64,000 bases of DNA from the NCBI GenBank assembly GCA_965197905.1, contig CBDAOB010000004.1, positions 96,001 through 160,000 on the forward strand. The letters run 5' to 3'. This stretch comes from Candidatus Latescibacterota bacterium (GTDB lineage: Bacteria > Latescibacterota > UBA2968 > UBA8231). The position numbers were made by a program, and so were the translations under genes. Shown here piece by piece: positions 9,621-19,325 of the stretch (its first letter is position 1; the number at the start of each line of letters is the position of its first letter). The notes under the pieces were generated by a model. That model saw nothing but the letters and a program-made list of their open reading frames with translations, was not told the DNA's origin and did not search any database.

Positions 9621-10658
9621 ATGGAAGACTCTACCTACAAAGCGGGAATCATCGGACTCGGATTTATAGGTGCCGGCGATCAGGTTTCAGGAGACGCACT
9701 GGGGCAGAACGTCAGGGATCTCGGCGGTACCCACGATGCTTCGTACGTCCGTCATCCGCGCGTCGAGCTAATCGCGGGGAGCAGCCGCGATGAGGGCCGG
9801 CGGGAGCGGTTTGCCGCTCGCAGCGGGGGAGCGCGCACCTACGCCGACTGGCGGGAGATGCTGGATGAGGAAGACCTCGACATCGTGAGCGTTGCCACCT
9901 ACACCCACGTTCGCGCCGAGATTACCATCGGATGTGCTGAGCGTGGGGTGCGGGCGATCTTCTGTGAGAAGCCGATCGCAAGCACCGTCACGGACGGTGA
10001 GAGAATGGTCGCCGCCTGCGAACGGTCTGGGTCCTTGCTCGTGGTCAATCACAATCGACGCTTTGAGTCAAATCACCGGGCATTGCGCGACCTGGTCGCA
10101 GCCGGGCGATTGGGGCAGCTCACCTCGGCCATGGTTCAATGGAGCAGTGGGCGCCTGGGAAACGTGGGCACCCACATGTTTGATGCGCTGCGGATGTTGA
10201 CGGGGCGTGAAGTGCTGGGCGTTTCAGGGGTTCTAGACATGGCTGGGAAGCCGGACTGTCGTGGGGACCAGTTTCGCGATCCGGGCGGCTGGGGTTTGTT
10301 TCGCCTCGAGGATGGCATCATGGCAACCGTAACCGCTCCGGACTACGGCATGGTGACGCCGCAAATCATCCTCTGCGGAACCAAAGGTCGAGCTGTGGCG
10401 ACCACCGACATCGAAGTCGAGTATGCCGATGGCGGGAGCGAGTCGCTGCCTCGGGGCGCAGGTTCGAATATGGACGTCGCAATAGATGAAATCGTGGACT
10501 GGCTCGACGGCGGCTCCGAGTTCAGCTACCCCCCTTCGGGTGCGGTGCGAACGCTGGAGGTTATCGCCGCATTGCACGTCTCCGAGGCGCGAAACGGCTC
10601 CTGGGTAGCATTGCCCCTGTCGGAAAACGACAAAACGATCGTGGTAAATAGCGGTTGA
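9621..10658 (+). CDS. Gfo/Idh/MocA family oxidoreductase
   Basis: GLGFIG Rossmann motif, CEKP, NHNRRF, GTHMFD. Confidence 0.92.
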   Translation: MEDSTYKAGIIGLGFIGAGDQVSGDALGQNVRDLGGTHDASYVRHPRVELIAGSSRDEGRRERFAARSGGARTYADWREMLDEEDLDIVSVATYTHVRAEITIGCAERGVRAIFCEKPIASTVTDGERMVAACERSGSLLVVNHNRRFESNHRALRDLVAAGRLGQLTSAMVQWSSGRLGNVGTHMFDALRMLTGREVLGVSGVLDMAGKPDCRGDQFRDPGGWGLFRLEDGIMATVTAPDYGMVTPQIILCGTKGRAVATTDIEVEYADGGSESLPRGAGSNMDVAIDEIVDWLDGGSEFSYPPSGAVRTLEVIAALHVSEARNGSWVALPLSENDKTIVVNSG

Positions 10659-11389
10659 TGGATGCGCACTTCAACAGTGAGGATGTTGTGAATACCACAA
10701 ACAGCAGGTTCGAAAACGCGGAAATCGGTGAAGGGTGCCGGATCGACGATGATGTCACACTGGGTTATCGCTTCCACTCCGACTGCGGTCCGGCGCGCAT
10801 TGGAAAGCAGTGCGTATTACACAAGGGAACCGTTATATACGGCGATGTTACCATCGGTGACTACTTCCTCGGGAGCCATTACATCGTAGTTAGAGCTCGA
10901 GTGCGAATGGGGGATCACTGTGCCTTAGGCAACCATTCTACCATCGAGGGGATCGTGCGTTTGGGAACAGCCGTTCGAATCATGTCCCACACATATATTC
11001 CATCGCGGACCTGGGTCGGCGATCACGTCTTCATTGGTCCGTGGGTGACCTTTCTCAACGACAAGTATCCGTATCGCCGCGACCCCGCGCCCACGCCAAG
11101 GGGTGCGACGCTGGAGGACGATGTCATGGTGGGTGGAGGCGCTACTATCATACCAGGAGTAACTATCGGAGAGCGCAGTTTCATCGGCGCTGGCGCATTG
11201 GTGAATAAGGACATACCGCCACGGAGCCTGGTGGTCGGTGTCCCGGGTCGCATCTCGCCTTTGCCGAAGAAGCTGGATGTTCGGAATACGCGAGCGTCTA
11301 CCACGGGAATGTATGGCATGTGGGACGCGCGCACAGAATATTCCGGTAGCAGCGATTGGCCCGATGATTGGCCCGAAGCTTTTTCATAA
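10658..11389 (+). CDS. Hexapeptide-repeat (left-handed beta-helix) acyltransferase
   Basis: Repeated [LIV]G-x4 hexads, VFIGPWVTFLNDKYP, VVGVPGR; TGATG overlap. Confidence 0.88.
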   Translation: MDAHFNSEDVVNTTNSRFENAEIGEGCRIDDDVTLGYRFHSDCGPARIGKQCVLHKGTVIYGDVTIGDYFLGSHYIVVRARVRMGDHCALGNHSTIEGIVRLGTAVRIMSHTYIPSRTWVGDHVFIGPWVTFLNDKYPYRRDPAPTPRGATLEDDVMVGGGATIIPGVTIGERSFIGAGALVNKDIPPRSLVVGVPGRISPLPKKLDVRNTRASTTGMYGMWDARTEYSGSSDWPDDWPEAFS

Positions 11390-11682
11390 ATCGAAAGCTG
11401 AAATCCTTCTATTTCACACGACCGTTTCCATCTCTTACAAGGCGTCGACCACTCGAATCTTGTGGACAATATTATTCCACGTACTTATCTTTTCATCAAG
11501 AGAAATCGACCCCCCTGGCACCTCCCGGGCACCTCCCGCTCTCCCCGAGCATCTCTTCGCAGGACCTGCGCGCCCTGTTTCCCCGGTAATGCCGCGTCGG
11601 CGCAATCACCGCGAGCGGGTGGCAGCGTGTTTCCGGATTTGCCAGCGAGATACCAACTACTCAATTCGAAAGGAGTCATTCA

Positions 11683-11880
11683 ATGGCTTTTTCCTACACA
11701 AACGGTCGTGGTAAAACCTACATTCTGCATTCGAAAACCACGACGCTGAAGAACGGCAATACCCAGACCATTTATTTCTTTGCCGGCCAACAGAAGGAAG
11801 GGGCGTTGGATGCCGTACCGGCAGGTTACGTGGTATCCGAAACAAAAAACGGATTGCCGGTGCTGAAACGCGACAGTTAG
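11683..11880 (+). CDS. Small basic hypothetical protein (65 aa)
   Basis: Strong AAGGAG SD, ATG start, own downstream terminator, protein-like sequence. Confidence 0.85.
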   Translation: MAFSYTNGRGKTYILHSKTTTLKNGNTQTIYFFAGQQKEGALDAVPAGYVVSETKNGLPVLKRDS

Positions 11881-11908
11881 AACCGGATCGATAGCAATAC
11901 GAGCGCAG

Positions 11909-11943
11909 GAGGCTTTGCCATGAGGCAAAGCCTCTTTTTTTTT
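11909..11943 (+). terminator. Rho-independent terminator
   Basis: GAGGCTTTGCC-ATGA-GGCAAAGCCTC perfect 11-bp stem followed by T9. Confidence 0.92.
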
Positions 11944-12010
11944 GTCCGCGCCCTGCATACTTTCTATCCCTGCGCAGGATTACCCTACGATCCAGGATGC
12001 GAGGAGCAGT

Positions 12011-12982
12011 ATGGATAAAGTTCGATGGGGCATCATAGGCTGCGGCGACGTCACTGAGGTGAAAAGCGGCCCCGCCTTTAGCAAGGTGGACCATTCCGAA
12101 CTGGTTGCAGTCGCGCGTAGAAACGGCGAGCTGGCTGCGAACTACGCCGAGCGCCACGGGGTCGATAAATGGTACGACGATGCTACAAAGCTGATTGACG
12201 ACCCGGATGTCGACGCCGTCTACATCGCGACTCCCCCAGGTTCGCACGCCGAATTTACGCTCAAGGCCGCGGCAGCGGGGAAGCCGGTATACGTAGAGAA
12301 ACCGATGGCCCGCACCTACGCAGAGTGTGCATCGATGATCGAAGCGTGTGATAAAGCCGGCGTGGGACTCTTCGTTGCGTACTATCGCCGCGCGCTGCCG
12401 GCGTTTGTCAAAACGAAAAAACTGATCGAAGAGGGCGCGATCGGGCAGGTGAGATTCGTCACTACGGAGTTCGCCAGACCGCCGTCTGTCGAGGATGTTG
12501 AAGGTCCTCTACGGTGGAGGGTAAAACCCGAGCTGTCCGGAGGAGGATATTTCTTCGATCTGGGATCGCATCTTTTAGACTATCTCGACCATCTATTTGG
12601 GCCGATCAAACACGCGTCAGGCCGAGCGGTAAATCAAGCCGGTTTGTATGACGCCGAGGACATCGTTGTTGCGACCTACGACTTTCCAGGTGGAGTGCAG
12701 GGGAGTGGAGTGTGGTGTTTCACCGCCGGACCCTCAGCGGCAATCGATTCCACGAAAGTGGTTGGCGACCGCGGCGAACTCACCTTTGCCACCTTCGACT
12801 TCCGGCCGGTGCAAGTGTCCAACGACAAGGGCGTGGAAGAGTTTGACCTTCCGGTCCCTGAACATGTGCAGCAACCGTTGATTCAGAGTATCGTCGACGA
12901 GTTGCGCGGCGTCGGATCGTGCCCCAGTACCGGTCTTACCGCCGCACGCACCAGCAAGATCGTGGACGAGATCGTAAGATAA
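12011..12982 (+). CDS. Gfo/Idh/MocA family oxidoreductase
   Basis: WGIIGCGDVTEVKSGP, YVEKPMA, DLGSHLLD; GAGGAG SD. Confidence 0.93.
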   Translation: MDKVRWGIIGCGDVTEVKSGPAFSKVDHSELVAVARRNGELAANYAERHGVDKWYDDATKLIDDPDVDAVYIATPPGSHAEFTLKAAAAGKPVYVEKPMARTYAECASMIEACDKAGVGLFVAYYRRALPAFVKTKKLIEEGAIGQVRFVTTEFARPPSVEDVEGPLRWRVKPELSGGGYFFDLGSHLLDYLDHLFGPIKHASGRAVNQAGLYDAEDIVVATYDFPGGVQGSGVWCFTAGPSAAIDSTKVVGDRGELTFATFDFRPVQVSNDKGVEEFDLPVPEHVQQPLIQSIVDELRGVGSCPSTGLTAARTSKIVDEIVR

Positions 12983-12987
12983 TTGGC

Positions 12988-13965
12988 CTAGTCGGATCGG
13001 CGCAAGAGTTCAGCAACGTCCTTGGCAAAGTAGGTCAAGATCATATCGGCACCGGCGCGTTTGATCGAAGTCAGGGCCTCCATCATGGCCAGTTCGGCGT
13101 CGATCCATCCTCTTTCGGCAGCCGCGCGTATCATTCCGTATTCGCCCGACACGTTGTAGGCCGCGACGGGCACGTCGAAGGCTGCTCGAACCGCGGCGAT
13201 CACGTCGAGATAAGCCAGGGCCGGCTTGACCATGACCACGTCGGCACCCTCTTCGATATCGAGGGCGATTTCTCGTAGCGCTTCCCGCCGATTGGCGCAG
13301 TCCATTTGATACGTCTTCTTGTCTCCCTTCTTGGGCGCGGACTTCAATGCGCCCCTGAACGGACCGTAGAAACAGGATGCGTATTTCGCGGAATACGCGA
13401 GAATACCAACCTGGTAGAATCCGGCTGCGTCCAGCGCGGTGCGAATGGCGCCCACTCGCCCATCCATCATGTCGGAAGGCGCGATCCAGTCAACTCCAGC
13501 ATCGGCATGAGAAACCGCCATCTTGCACAACACTTCTACTGTTTCGTCGTTTGCGACCTCGCCGTCGATTACCAGCCCGTCATGACCGTGTACGGTGTAT
13601 GGATCAAGCGCGGCGTCGGTCTGGACGCACAGGTCCGGCAGTTCCCTTTTCAACGCGCTTACGGCTCGCTGTATTAACCCCGCCGGATTGTACGCCTGCG
13701 TCCCCTTATCATCCTTTTCCTCGCAGTAGCCGAAAAGATTTACGGCCGGAATGCCGAGCCGCCATATTTCCACGCATTCCTGTACCAGTTCGTCGATGGA
13801 AAAGCGGTATTGGCCGGGCATCGTGTCGATGCCCTCGCGTACGCTATGACCTTCCATAACGAACATGGGGTAGATCAGATCGGACACGTCGATAGATGTC
13901 TCTTTGACCAGACCGCGAATTGGTTCTGTCCGCCGCAGACGTCGGGGTCGTCGCACCAACTTCAT
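12988..13965 (-). CDS. hemB: Porphobilinogen synthase (ALA dehydratase)
   Basis: RPRRLR, APSDMMDGRV, YSAKYAS.FYGPFR, MVKPA, AAYNVSGEY. Confidence 0.97.
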   Translation of the reverse strand: MKLVRRPRRLRRTEPIRGLVKETSIDVSDLIYPMFVMEGHSVREGIDTMPGQYRFSIDELVQECVEIWRLGIPAVNLFGYCEEKDDKGTQAYNPAGLIQRAVSALKRELPDLCVQTDAALDPYTVHGHDGLVIDGEVANDETVEVLCKMAVSHADAGVDWIAPSDMMDGRVGAIRTALDAAGFYQVGILAYSAKYASCFYGPFRGALKSAPKKGDKKTYQMDCANRREALREIALDIEEGADVVMVKPALAYLDVIAAVRAAFDVPVAAYNVSGEYGMIRAAAERGWIDAELAMMEALTSIKRAGADMILTYFAKDVAELLRRSD

Positions 13966-14064
13966 AAGACTTTCTTCCGGTGAGAAACCAACATATCTTG
14001 CTCCAGTAAAACTAGCTAATGCCTAAGTCCATGTCCACATTCCATTTATCGCCTGGAGGTGCGA

Positions 14065-14502
14065 ATGGAACCGTCAGCTGATCACGTCTTCGTTCGCACC
14101 GGGCGGCAACCATACAAAACGAAAATCGCCAAAGACGGCCATGAGATCGCGGCCGATGAACCGCTCGATGCGGGCGGCGGTGATTCGGGCATGACGCCGT
14201 ATGATCTCCTATTGGGAGCTCTAGGTTCCTGTACATCGATGACCCTGCGGATGTACGCTGACCGGAAACAATGGTCGTTGGAAGCCATCGTGGTACGACT
14301 CCAGCACCACAAGATCCATGCCGTTGACTGCGAGGAGTGCGAAAGTCGCAACGGATACGTAGATCACATCGAGAGAGAGATCGAGTTGACCGGCGAGCTG
14401 GAGCCAGATCAGCGCCAGAGATTACTTGAGATTGCCAATCGCTGTCCGGTGCATCGCACCTTGCATTCCGAGGTGGTTGTCGCCACCACCTTGATAGAAT
14501 GA
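14065..14502 (+). CDS. OsmC family protein
   Basis: ADEP, PYDLLLGALGSCT, ANRCPVHRTL. Confidence 0.93.
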   Translation: MEPSADHVFVRTGRQPYKTKIAKDGHEIAADEPLDAGGGDSGMTPYDLLLGALGSCTSMTLRMYADRKQWSLEAIVVRLQHHKIHAVDCEECESRNGYVDHIEREIELTGELEPDQRQRLLEIANRCPVHRTLHSEVVVATTLIE

Positions 14503-15179
14503 GCGGCCACACCGGCTCGGGGCCAAGCACCATGTTCAACGAGGTCATTCAGATCGCGGGAGTACTAGATGCGTTGGAAGCTGAGATGTTGCTTGCTTCG
14601 GGCATCGACCTTCTGGGGTTCCCGTTGCGGCTCGACGTACACTGCGAAGACGCCAGCGAAAGCGAAGTCGTGAGGATCATAGAAAAGCTGTGTATTCGGC
14701 GGCATGCAACGGTCATTACCTATTTGCATACAGCAACGGATGTACTAGACTTGTGCGATGCCGTCGGCGCCGGCAAGGTCCAGCTTCACGGAGACATCGG
14801 CGTCGATCAACTGGCACTGGTAAGGTCGTCTCGTCCGCACTTATCGATCATCAAGAGCTTGATCGTGAGAGACGGGAGCGTAGATGATCTGACAGGGCTC
14901 ACGCAGCGCTGCGAGCCATTTGTCGATGCTTTTATTCTCGATTCTTTCGACCAGGACAGTGGAGCTTCGGGTGCGACCGGAAAGGTGCACGACTGGTCCT
15001 TGAGTTCCGAGCTGGTCAAGTATTCTCGTCGGCCGGTGTTGTTGGCTGGTGGATTGACCCCTGAAAACGTCGGCGAGGCGATCCGCAGGGTGCGACCGGC
15101 CGGCGTCGATGTTCACACCGGCGTGGAGGCAGTGGATGGCCGGAAGGATCGTGGTCGAGTCCGCCGATTCGTGATCTAG
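14499..15179 (+). CDS. trpF: Phosphoribosylanthranilate isomerase (C-terminal helix possibly cut by a frameshift)
   Basis: VQLHG, GATGKVHDW, LAGGLTPENV, GVDVHTGVE. Confidence 0.85.
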   Translation: MSGHTGSGPSTMFNEVIQIAGVLDALEAEMLLASGIDLLGFPLRLDVHCEDASESEVVRIIEKLCIRRHATVITYLHTATDVLDLCDAVGAGKVQLHGDIGVDQLALVRSSRPHLSIIKSLIVRDGSVDDLTGLTQRCEPFVDAFILDSFDQDSGASGATGKVHDWSLSSELVKYSRRPVLLAGGLTPENVGEAIRRVRPAGVDVHTGVEAVDGRKDRGRVRRFVI

Positions 15180-15260
15180 CTAGAGCAGCCTTCGCCGCTT
15201 TGAGAAGCGATAACCTCGCAGCGCAACGAGTCCACACATTCCAGATGAGGAGTTGATGAA

Positions 15261-16004
15261 TTGAAACTGGCAGGCAAGTACGCGTTGATAGCAGGTGGGG
15301 CGACGGGAATAGGGCGTGCGACGGCAGAGCTTTACGCCAGCGAGGGTGCGGCCATTGCAATCATGGATTACAACGAAGAAGAGGGCCGGGAGGCGGTCTC
15401 CACCATCGAGGCGGTGGGCGGCAGGGCGTCGTTCTACAAAGCAGATGTCCGCGATGAAGGAGAGGTTGCCAACGCGATAAAATCGGTGGATGCCGAATTC
15501 GGCCGTCTCGACGCGGCGGTTTGTTCCGCCGGCGTGCTCCGCGGAGCGTCACGCAAGATTGCCGAACTCTCGCTCGAAGAGTGGGAAGCAACCATTGGCA
15601 CAAATCTTACGGGGACTTTCTTGACGATCAAACATGCGGTGCCCCTGCTGGAAAAGGCCGACACCTCCGTTCTTATGGTAATTTCCTCGGGCGCAGGAGT
15701 GTACGGCGGCAGTTCGTCGTTCGCTTACGCCGCTAGCAAAGGGGGTCTGTACGGAATGCGTTTTAATCTGGAAGGGGAGCTCGGACCCAAAGGAGTGCGG
15801 GTGCACATCATCTGCCCCGGCAGCATTACGACGCCGCTCAAAGTGAAAAATATGGTTGAAAACGCTGAAAGGCGGGGGGGAGACCCTCGTGAGGCTTTGG
15901 AGGAAGCCAAAAGATTGGGGGACCCGATCGGAGTCGCCCGAATTCTGCTGATGCTGGCATCCGAAGAGGGCGAATACATGCGGGGCACGGTCAATACCCG
16001 GTAA
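15261..16004 (+). CDS. Short-chain dehydrogenase/reductase
   Basis: GGATGIG, YAASK (YxxxK), ICPG; TTG start after GAGGAG. Confidence 0.92.
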   Translation: MKLAGKYALIAGGATGIGRATAELYASEGAAIAIMDYNEEEGREAVSTIEAVGGRASFYKADVRDEGEVANAIKSVDAEFGRLDAAVCSAGVLRGASRKIAELSLEEWEATIGTNLTGTFLTIKHAVPLLEKADTSVLMVISSGAGVYGGSSSFAYAASKGGLYGMRFNLEGELGPKGVRVHIICPGSITTPLKVKNMVENAERRGGDPREALEEAKRLGDPIGVARILLMLASEEGEYMRGTVNTR

Positions 16005-16010
16005 GTCACA

Positions 16011-17021
16011 ATGGGGAAAGCTGAGATGAGCAAAATTGATTACAACGACCTGGATCGTGATATCTGGGAAAAAGAGCTGGAGGAATACGTCCCTTCGGTG
16101 ATATACGACATGCACGTACATGCATGGTCGGACGCGCACAAAGGTACCAACATCGGCCCTCCAACCGGTTTACGCTTGGAGATCGGATATCAAGATCATC
16201 TGGATTGGGCGGCAAAGCTGTATCCCGCAAGGGAGATGCATTACCTCCTCTTGGGAACGCCTCTCGTCGGTGGCGATCTGGAAGGCCACAACAACTGGAT
16301 GGCTGCAGAGTTTGCCGCCGATCCGAAGTCGGAGATCAACTTGATGGTTACCCCCGACATGACCCCGGAGTACGTGGAGGAACAGGTCAGGAAACACGAC
16401 TTCTTTGGGCTCAAACCGTATCGTCTGTTTGCGCCCGACCCAACCAATGGCCGTATGCGCGACTTTCTGCCGGAACCGTTCATCGAGCTGGCGCATGACA
16501 TGGGATTGGCTATAACGATGCACATGGCCAAGAAGACCGGTCCCGCCGACGCGGACAATTTGCGAGACTTGAAGGAGTATACAAGCAAGTACCCGCGCGC
16601 CCAGTGGATTCTAGCGCACTGCGCGCGGTCCTTCAACTGTTTCATGATGGAGGAAGCGATCCATGCCCTTGCGGATCTACCCAACATCTGGTATGACACA
16701 TCTGCTGTTAACGATCTTTACACGCAGTATCTGTTGATGAAACACGAAGATCGAAAGCGGGTAATGTTCGGATCCGACAACATCTGCGCCGGCGGCACGC
16801 GCGGCAAGTACGTTACCTGGGGGCGGGGATGGACGCTCTTTGAAGGAGACGAAGGTGCGCCGCATTGCGACGGCAGGCCGACATTCGTGATATACGAGCA
16901 GCTGCGCCACGAAAAACAGGTCGCCGATATGCTCGGGCTCAGTACATCCGAGATCGAAGATCACTTCTCCGGCAATGCGAAGCGATTCTTCGCTCAGGTT
17001 AGGGCGAATCGCAAAACCTGA
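16011..17021 (+). CDS. Amidohydrolase family (Amidohydro_2-like) protein
   Basis: DMHVH, ILAH, NIWYDTS, MFGSD metal-binding motifs. Confidence 0.88.
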   Translation: MGKAEMSKIDYNDLDRDIWEKELEEYVPSVIYDMHVHAWSDAHKGTNIGPPTGLRLEIGYQDHLDWAAKLYPAREMHYLLLGTPLVGGDLEGHNNWMAAEFAADPKSEINLMVTPDMTPEYVEEQVRKHDFFGLKPYRLFAPDPTNGRMRDFLPEPFIELAHDMGLAITMHMAKKTGPADADNLRDLKEYTSKYPRAQWILAHCARSFNCFMMEEAIHALADLPNIWYDTSAVNDLYTQYLLMKHEDRKRVMFGSDNICAGGTRGKYVTWGRGWTLFEGDEGAPHCDGRPTFVIYEQLRHEKQVADMLGLSTSEIEDHFSGNAKRFFAQVRANRKT

Positions 17022-17058
17022 CGCGGGCGACGAGCAAAGGAGACAGGGAAAAACTCAC

Positions 17059-18105
17059 GTGAATCGGCCAAATCCCATTCGACTCATCAACAGCGTGGCG
17101 CCCATCCGCATCTGCGACAATGGTGGGTGGACCGATACCTGGTTTGCCGAACATGGCAAGATCTTCAACATCGGTGTCTATCCGTACGCGGAGGTACAGC
17201 TACAGCTGTTCAAGCGGGACCAGGTGCCTAATCGAATCGTCATTCACGCAGAGAATTATGGCGAGCGCTACTCGGTTCAGCAGGCAAAAGAGGGTTGGAC
17301 CCAGCACCCGTTGCTGGAAGCGTCTATCGAATATATGGGGGTGCCAGACGACATCGCTTTCGAGGCGACAATCTACTGCGATGCCCCGGCGGCGTGTTCC
17401 ACCGGCACTTCTGCTGCCGTGACAGTGGCCCTGGTGGGAGCCCTGGATCTGCTGACTCCCGGGCGGCTAACGCCGTATGACGTCGCTCAGGCAGCCCAGC
17501 GGATCGAGACCGACATGCTCAAGCAGCAGTGCGGCATCCAGGATCAGCTCTGTTCCGCTTTCGGTGGTATCAACTATATAGAGATGTTTAACTACCCTCA
17601 CGCCGCGGTTTCGCAGTTGCACGTTCCGAACTCCACATGGTGGGAGCTGGAACGACGTTTGATGCTGGTTTTCCTCGGGAAGTCGCACAGCTCCTCCCAA
17701 GTGCACGAAACGGTGATCGCCGATCTGGAGGGCGAAGGCCCCGGTTCCATAAAGCTGGAGGATTTGCGCAAGACTGCCGAAAAGGCTAGGGACGCCGTCT
17801 ATGCTGGAGATTTTCAAGCGCTGGGCGCCTCGATGTCGGAGAACACCGACGCGCAGACCCGACTGCACCCGGATCTGGTGAGCTTGGAAGCCCAAGCGGT
17901 CATAGACATTGCTCGAGAACGGGGCGCATTGGGATGGAAAGTCAATGGCGCCGGAGGCGATGGCGGTTCCATCACCTTGCTGGCCGGGTTGCACTCGCAC
18001 CAGAAGCGGGAGCTCATCCGCGAGGTGGAATCCCGCAATCCGCTGTTTAAAGTGATTCCTATCTATTTGAGCCGCTTTGGCCTACGTCTCTGGGACTCAG
18101 CTTGA
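17059..18105 (+). CDS. GHMP kinase (HddA/fucokinase-like sugar kinase)
   Basis: APIRICDNGGWTD, PAACSTGTS (PxGxGLGSS variant), GIQDQ, KVNGAGGDGG; GTG start at 17059. Confidence 0.88.
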   Translation: MNRPNPIRLINSVAPIRICDNGGWTDTWFAEHGKIFNIGVYPYAEVQLQLFKRDQVPNRIVIHAENYGERYSVQQAKEGWTQHPLLEASIEYMGVPDDIAFEATIYCDAPAACSTGTSAAVTVALVGALDLLTPGRLTPYDVAQAAQRIETDMLKQQCGIQDQLCSAFGGINYIEMFNYPHAAVSQLHVPNSTWWELERRLMLVFLGKSHSSSQVHETVIADLEGEGPGSIKLEDLRKTAEKARDAVYAGDFQALGASMSENTDAQTRLHPDLVSLEAQAVIDIARERGALGWKVNGAGGDGGSITLLAGLHSHQKRELIREVESRNPLFKVIPIYLSRFGLRLWDSA

Positions 18106-18138
18106 TGAGCGGCCACACTTTCTTTAACTTATAACGAT

Positions 18139-19299
18139 ATGGCAGATCGCGAAAAAGAGGCAAAAAAGCGGAAAAAGACACCCGGCCGCGCCTGGTACGC
18201 GGGCAAGGTTCCCCCCGAGCTGCAGATGCTGACAGACGCAGAAGGGGCGGACGAATCGGCGCAGGTGCTGTATGCCAGCGGCGGGGGCGAGGGGGAGTAC
18301 GCGGATGTCGTGAAGGGTCTCTACGACGCCATGGACTCGCTCAAGCGAAATCCAAACGACTTTCGGACATGGACCGAAGAAGACGGCATGGAAACCTTCT
18401 TGGAGGTTCTGCTGGATTTTGCCGAGTCGGAAACCCGCGCAAGGGTTAGGATACTGCAGCAAGTCGGAGCATTCAAATTCAGATCGGTGGACGGGCCTGA
18501 TGAAAAGAAGGCGAAGATCGAAGCGGTATTCGAAGATCCCCAAGATCTGGATCAGAAGGATGCGATTAGCGGCCAGGCCCGAAAACTCAACTTGATTTGG
18601 GCGGCAAAGCCGGATTCCCTGCTCGACTATGTCATCGGCCGCCCCGCACAGATCGGTCGCGCCCTCTCCGAGCGTCTCAATCCAGCCGATCCGGGACCTT
18701 TACAGCTGGTCGGTCATCCATTCGATGAGGTGCACAGTTCGTTGCTCCAACCGCTGGCTGCGAGCAAGACGGTGGCGTGGGAACGGGACTCCGAGATCCA
18801 CGTCCTGACCCCCGTGGGTAGGGTTTTGGAAAACTGGGATCAGGATACGGAAGCTACCGGGGGGTGTGATCAGGTCACCTTGCTCGACGCGTTGCTGCTG
18901 CACGAGCTGGTAGAGCTTTCGCTACACGAATCGGACCCGGATATGGATCCCATTTCGGCCCACATTGTCGCTTCGACCTTTGAGAGGTACCTGAAGAACA
19001 CCCTGTTGACGGTGGCGGTGGAGGATTTCTTTCTCGAGTGGCCGCCTTTGTCTGCGGCGGAGATTGAAGAGCGGAGTGCCGCCGAACTCGAGGCTCAACT
19101 GGCCGGCGTCAACGCTTTTCTCGGCGAGGAAGAGATCCCGGATGACGATGACGCGGGGCTGGATGATCTACCCATGGACGACGCCGTCCCGAGGAAAAAG
19201 AAGAAAAAGAAGGTGGTGAAGGGTAAAGTGGTAAAAGGTAAGGTGGTGAAGAAGAAGGTCGTAAAGAAGAAGATCGTAAAGAAGAAAAAGCAGGTCTGA
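18139..19299 (+). CDS. Hypothetical protein with acidic stretch and Lys/Val-repeat C-terminal tail
   Basis: 386-aa ORF filling the gap; HELVE motif; ends KKKKKKVVKGKVVKGKVVKKKVVKKKIVKKKKQV. Confidence 0.8.
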   Translation: MADREKEAKKRKKTPGRAWYAGKVPPELQMLTDAEGADESAQVLYASGGGEGEYADVVKGLYDAMDSLKRNPNDFRTWTEEDGMETFLEVLLDFAESETRARVRILQQVGAFKFRSVDGPDEKKAKIEAVFEDPQDLDQKDAISGQARKLNLIWAAKPDSLLDYVIGRPAQIGRALSERLNPADPGPLQLVGHPFDEVHSSLLQPLAASKTVAWERDSEIHVLTPVGRVLENWDQDTEATGGCDQVTLLDALLLHELVELSLHESDPDMDPISAHIVASTFERYLKNTLLTVAVEDFFLEWPPLSAAEIEERSAAELEAQLAGVNAFLGEEEIPDDDDAGLDDLPMDDAVPRKKKKKKVVKGKVVKGKVVKKKVVKKKIVKKKKQV

Positions 19300-19325
19300 T
19301 CGTTTTCAGCGTCCTCGGGTCAACC

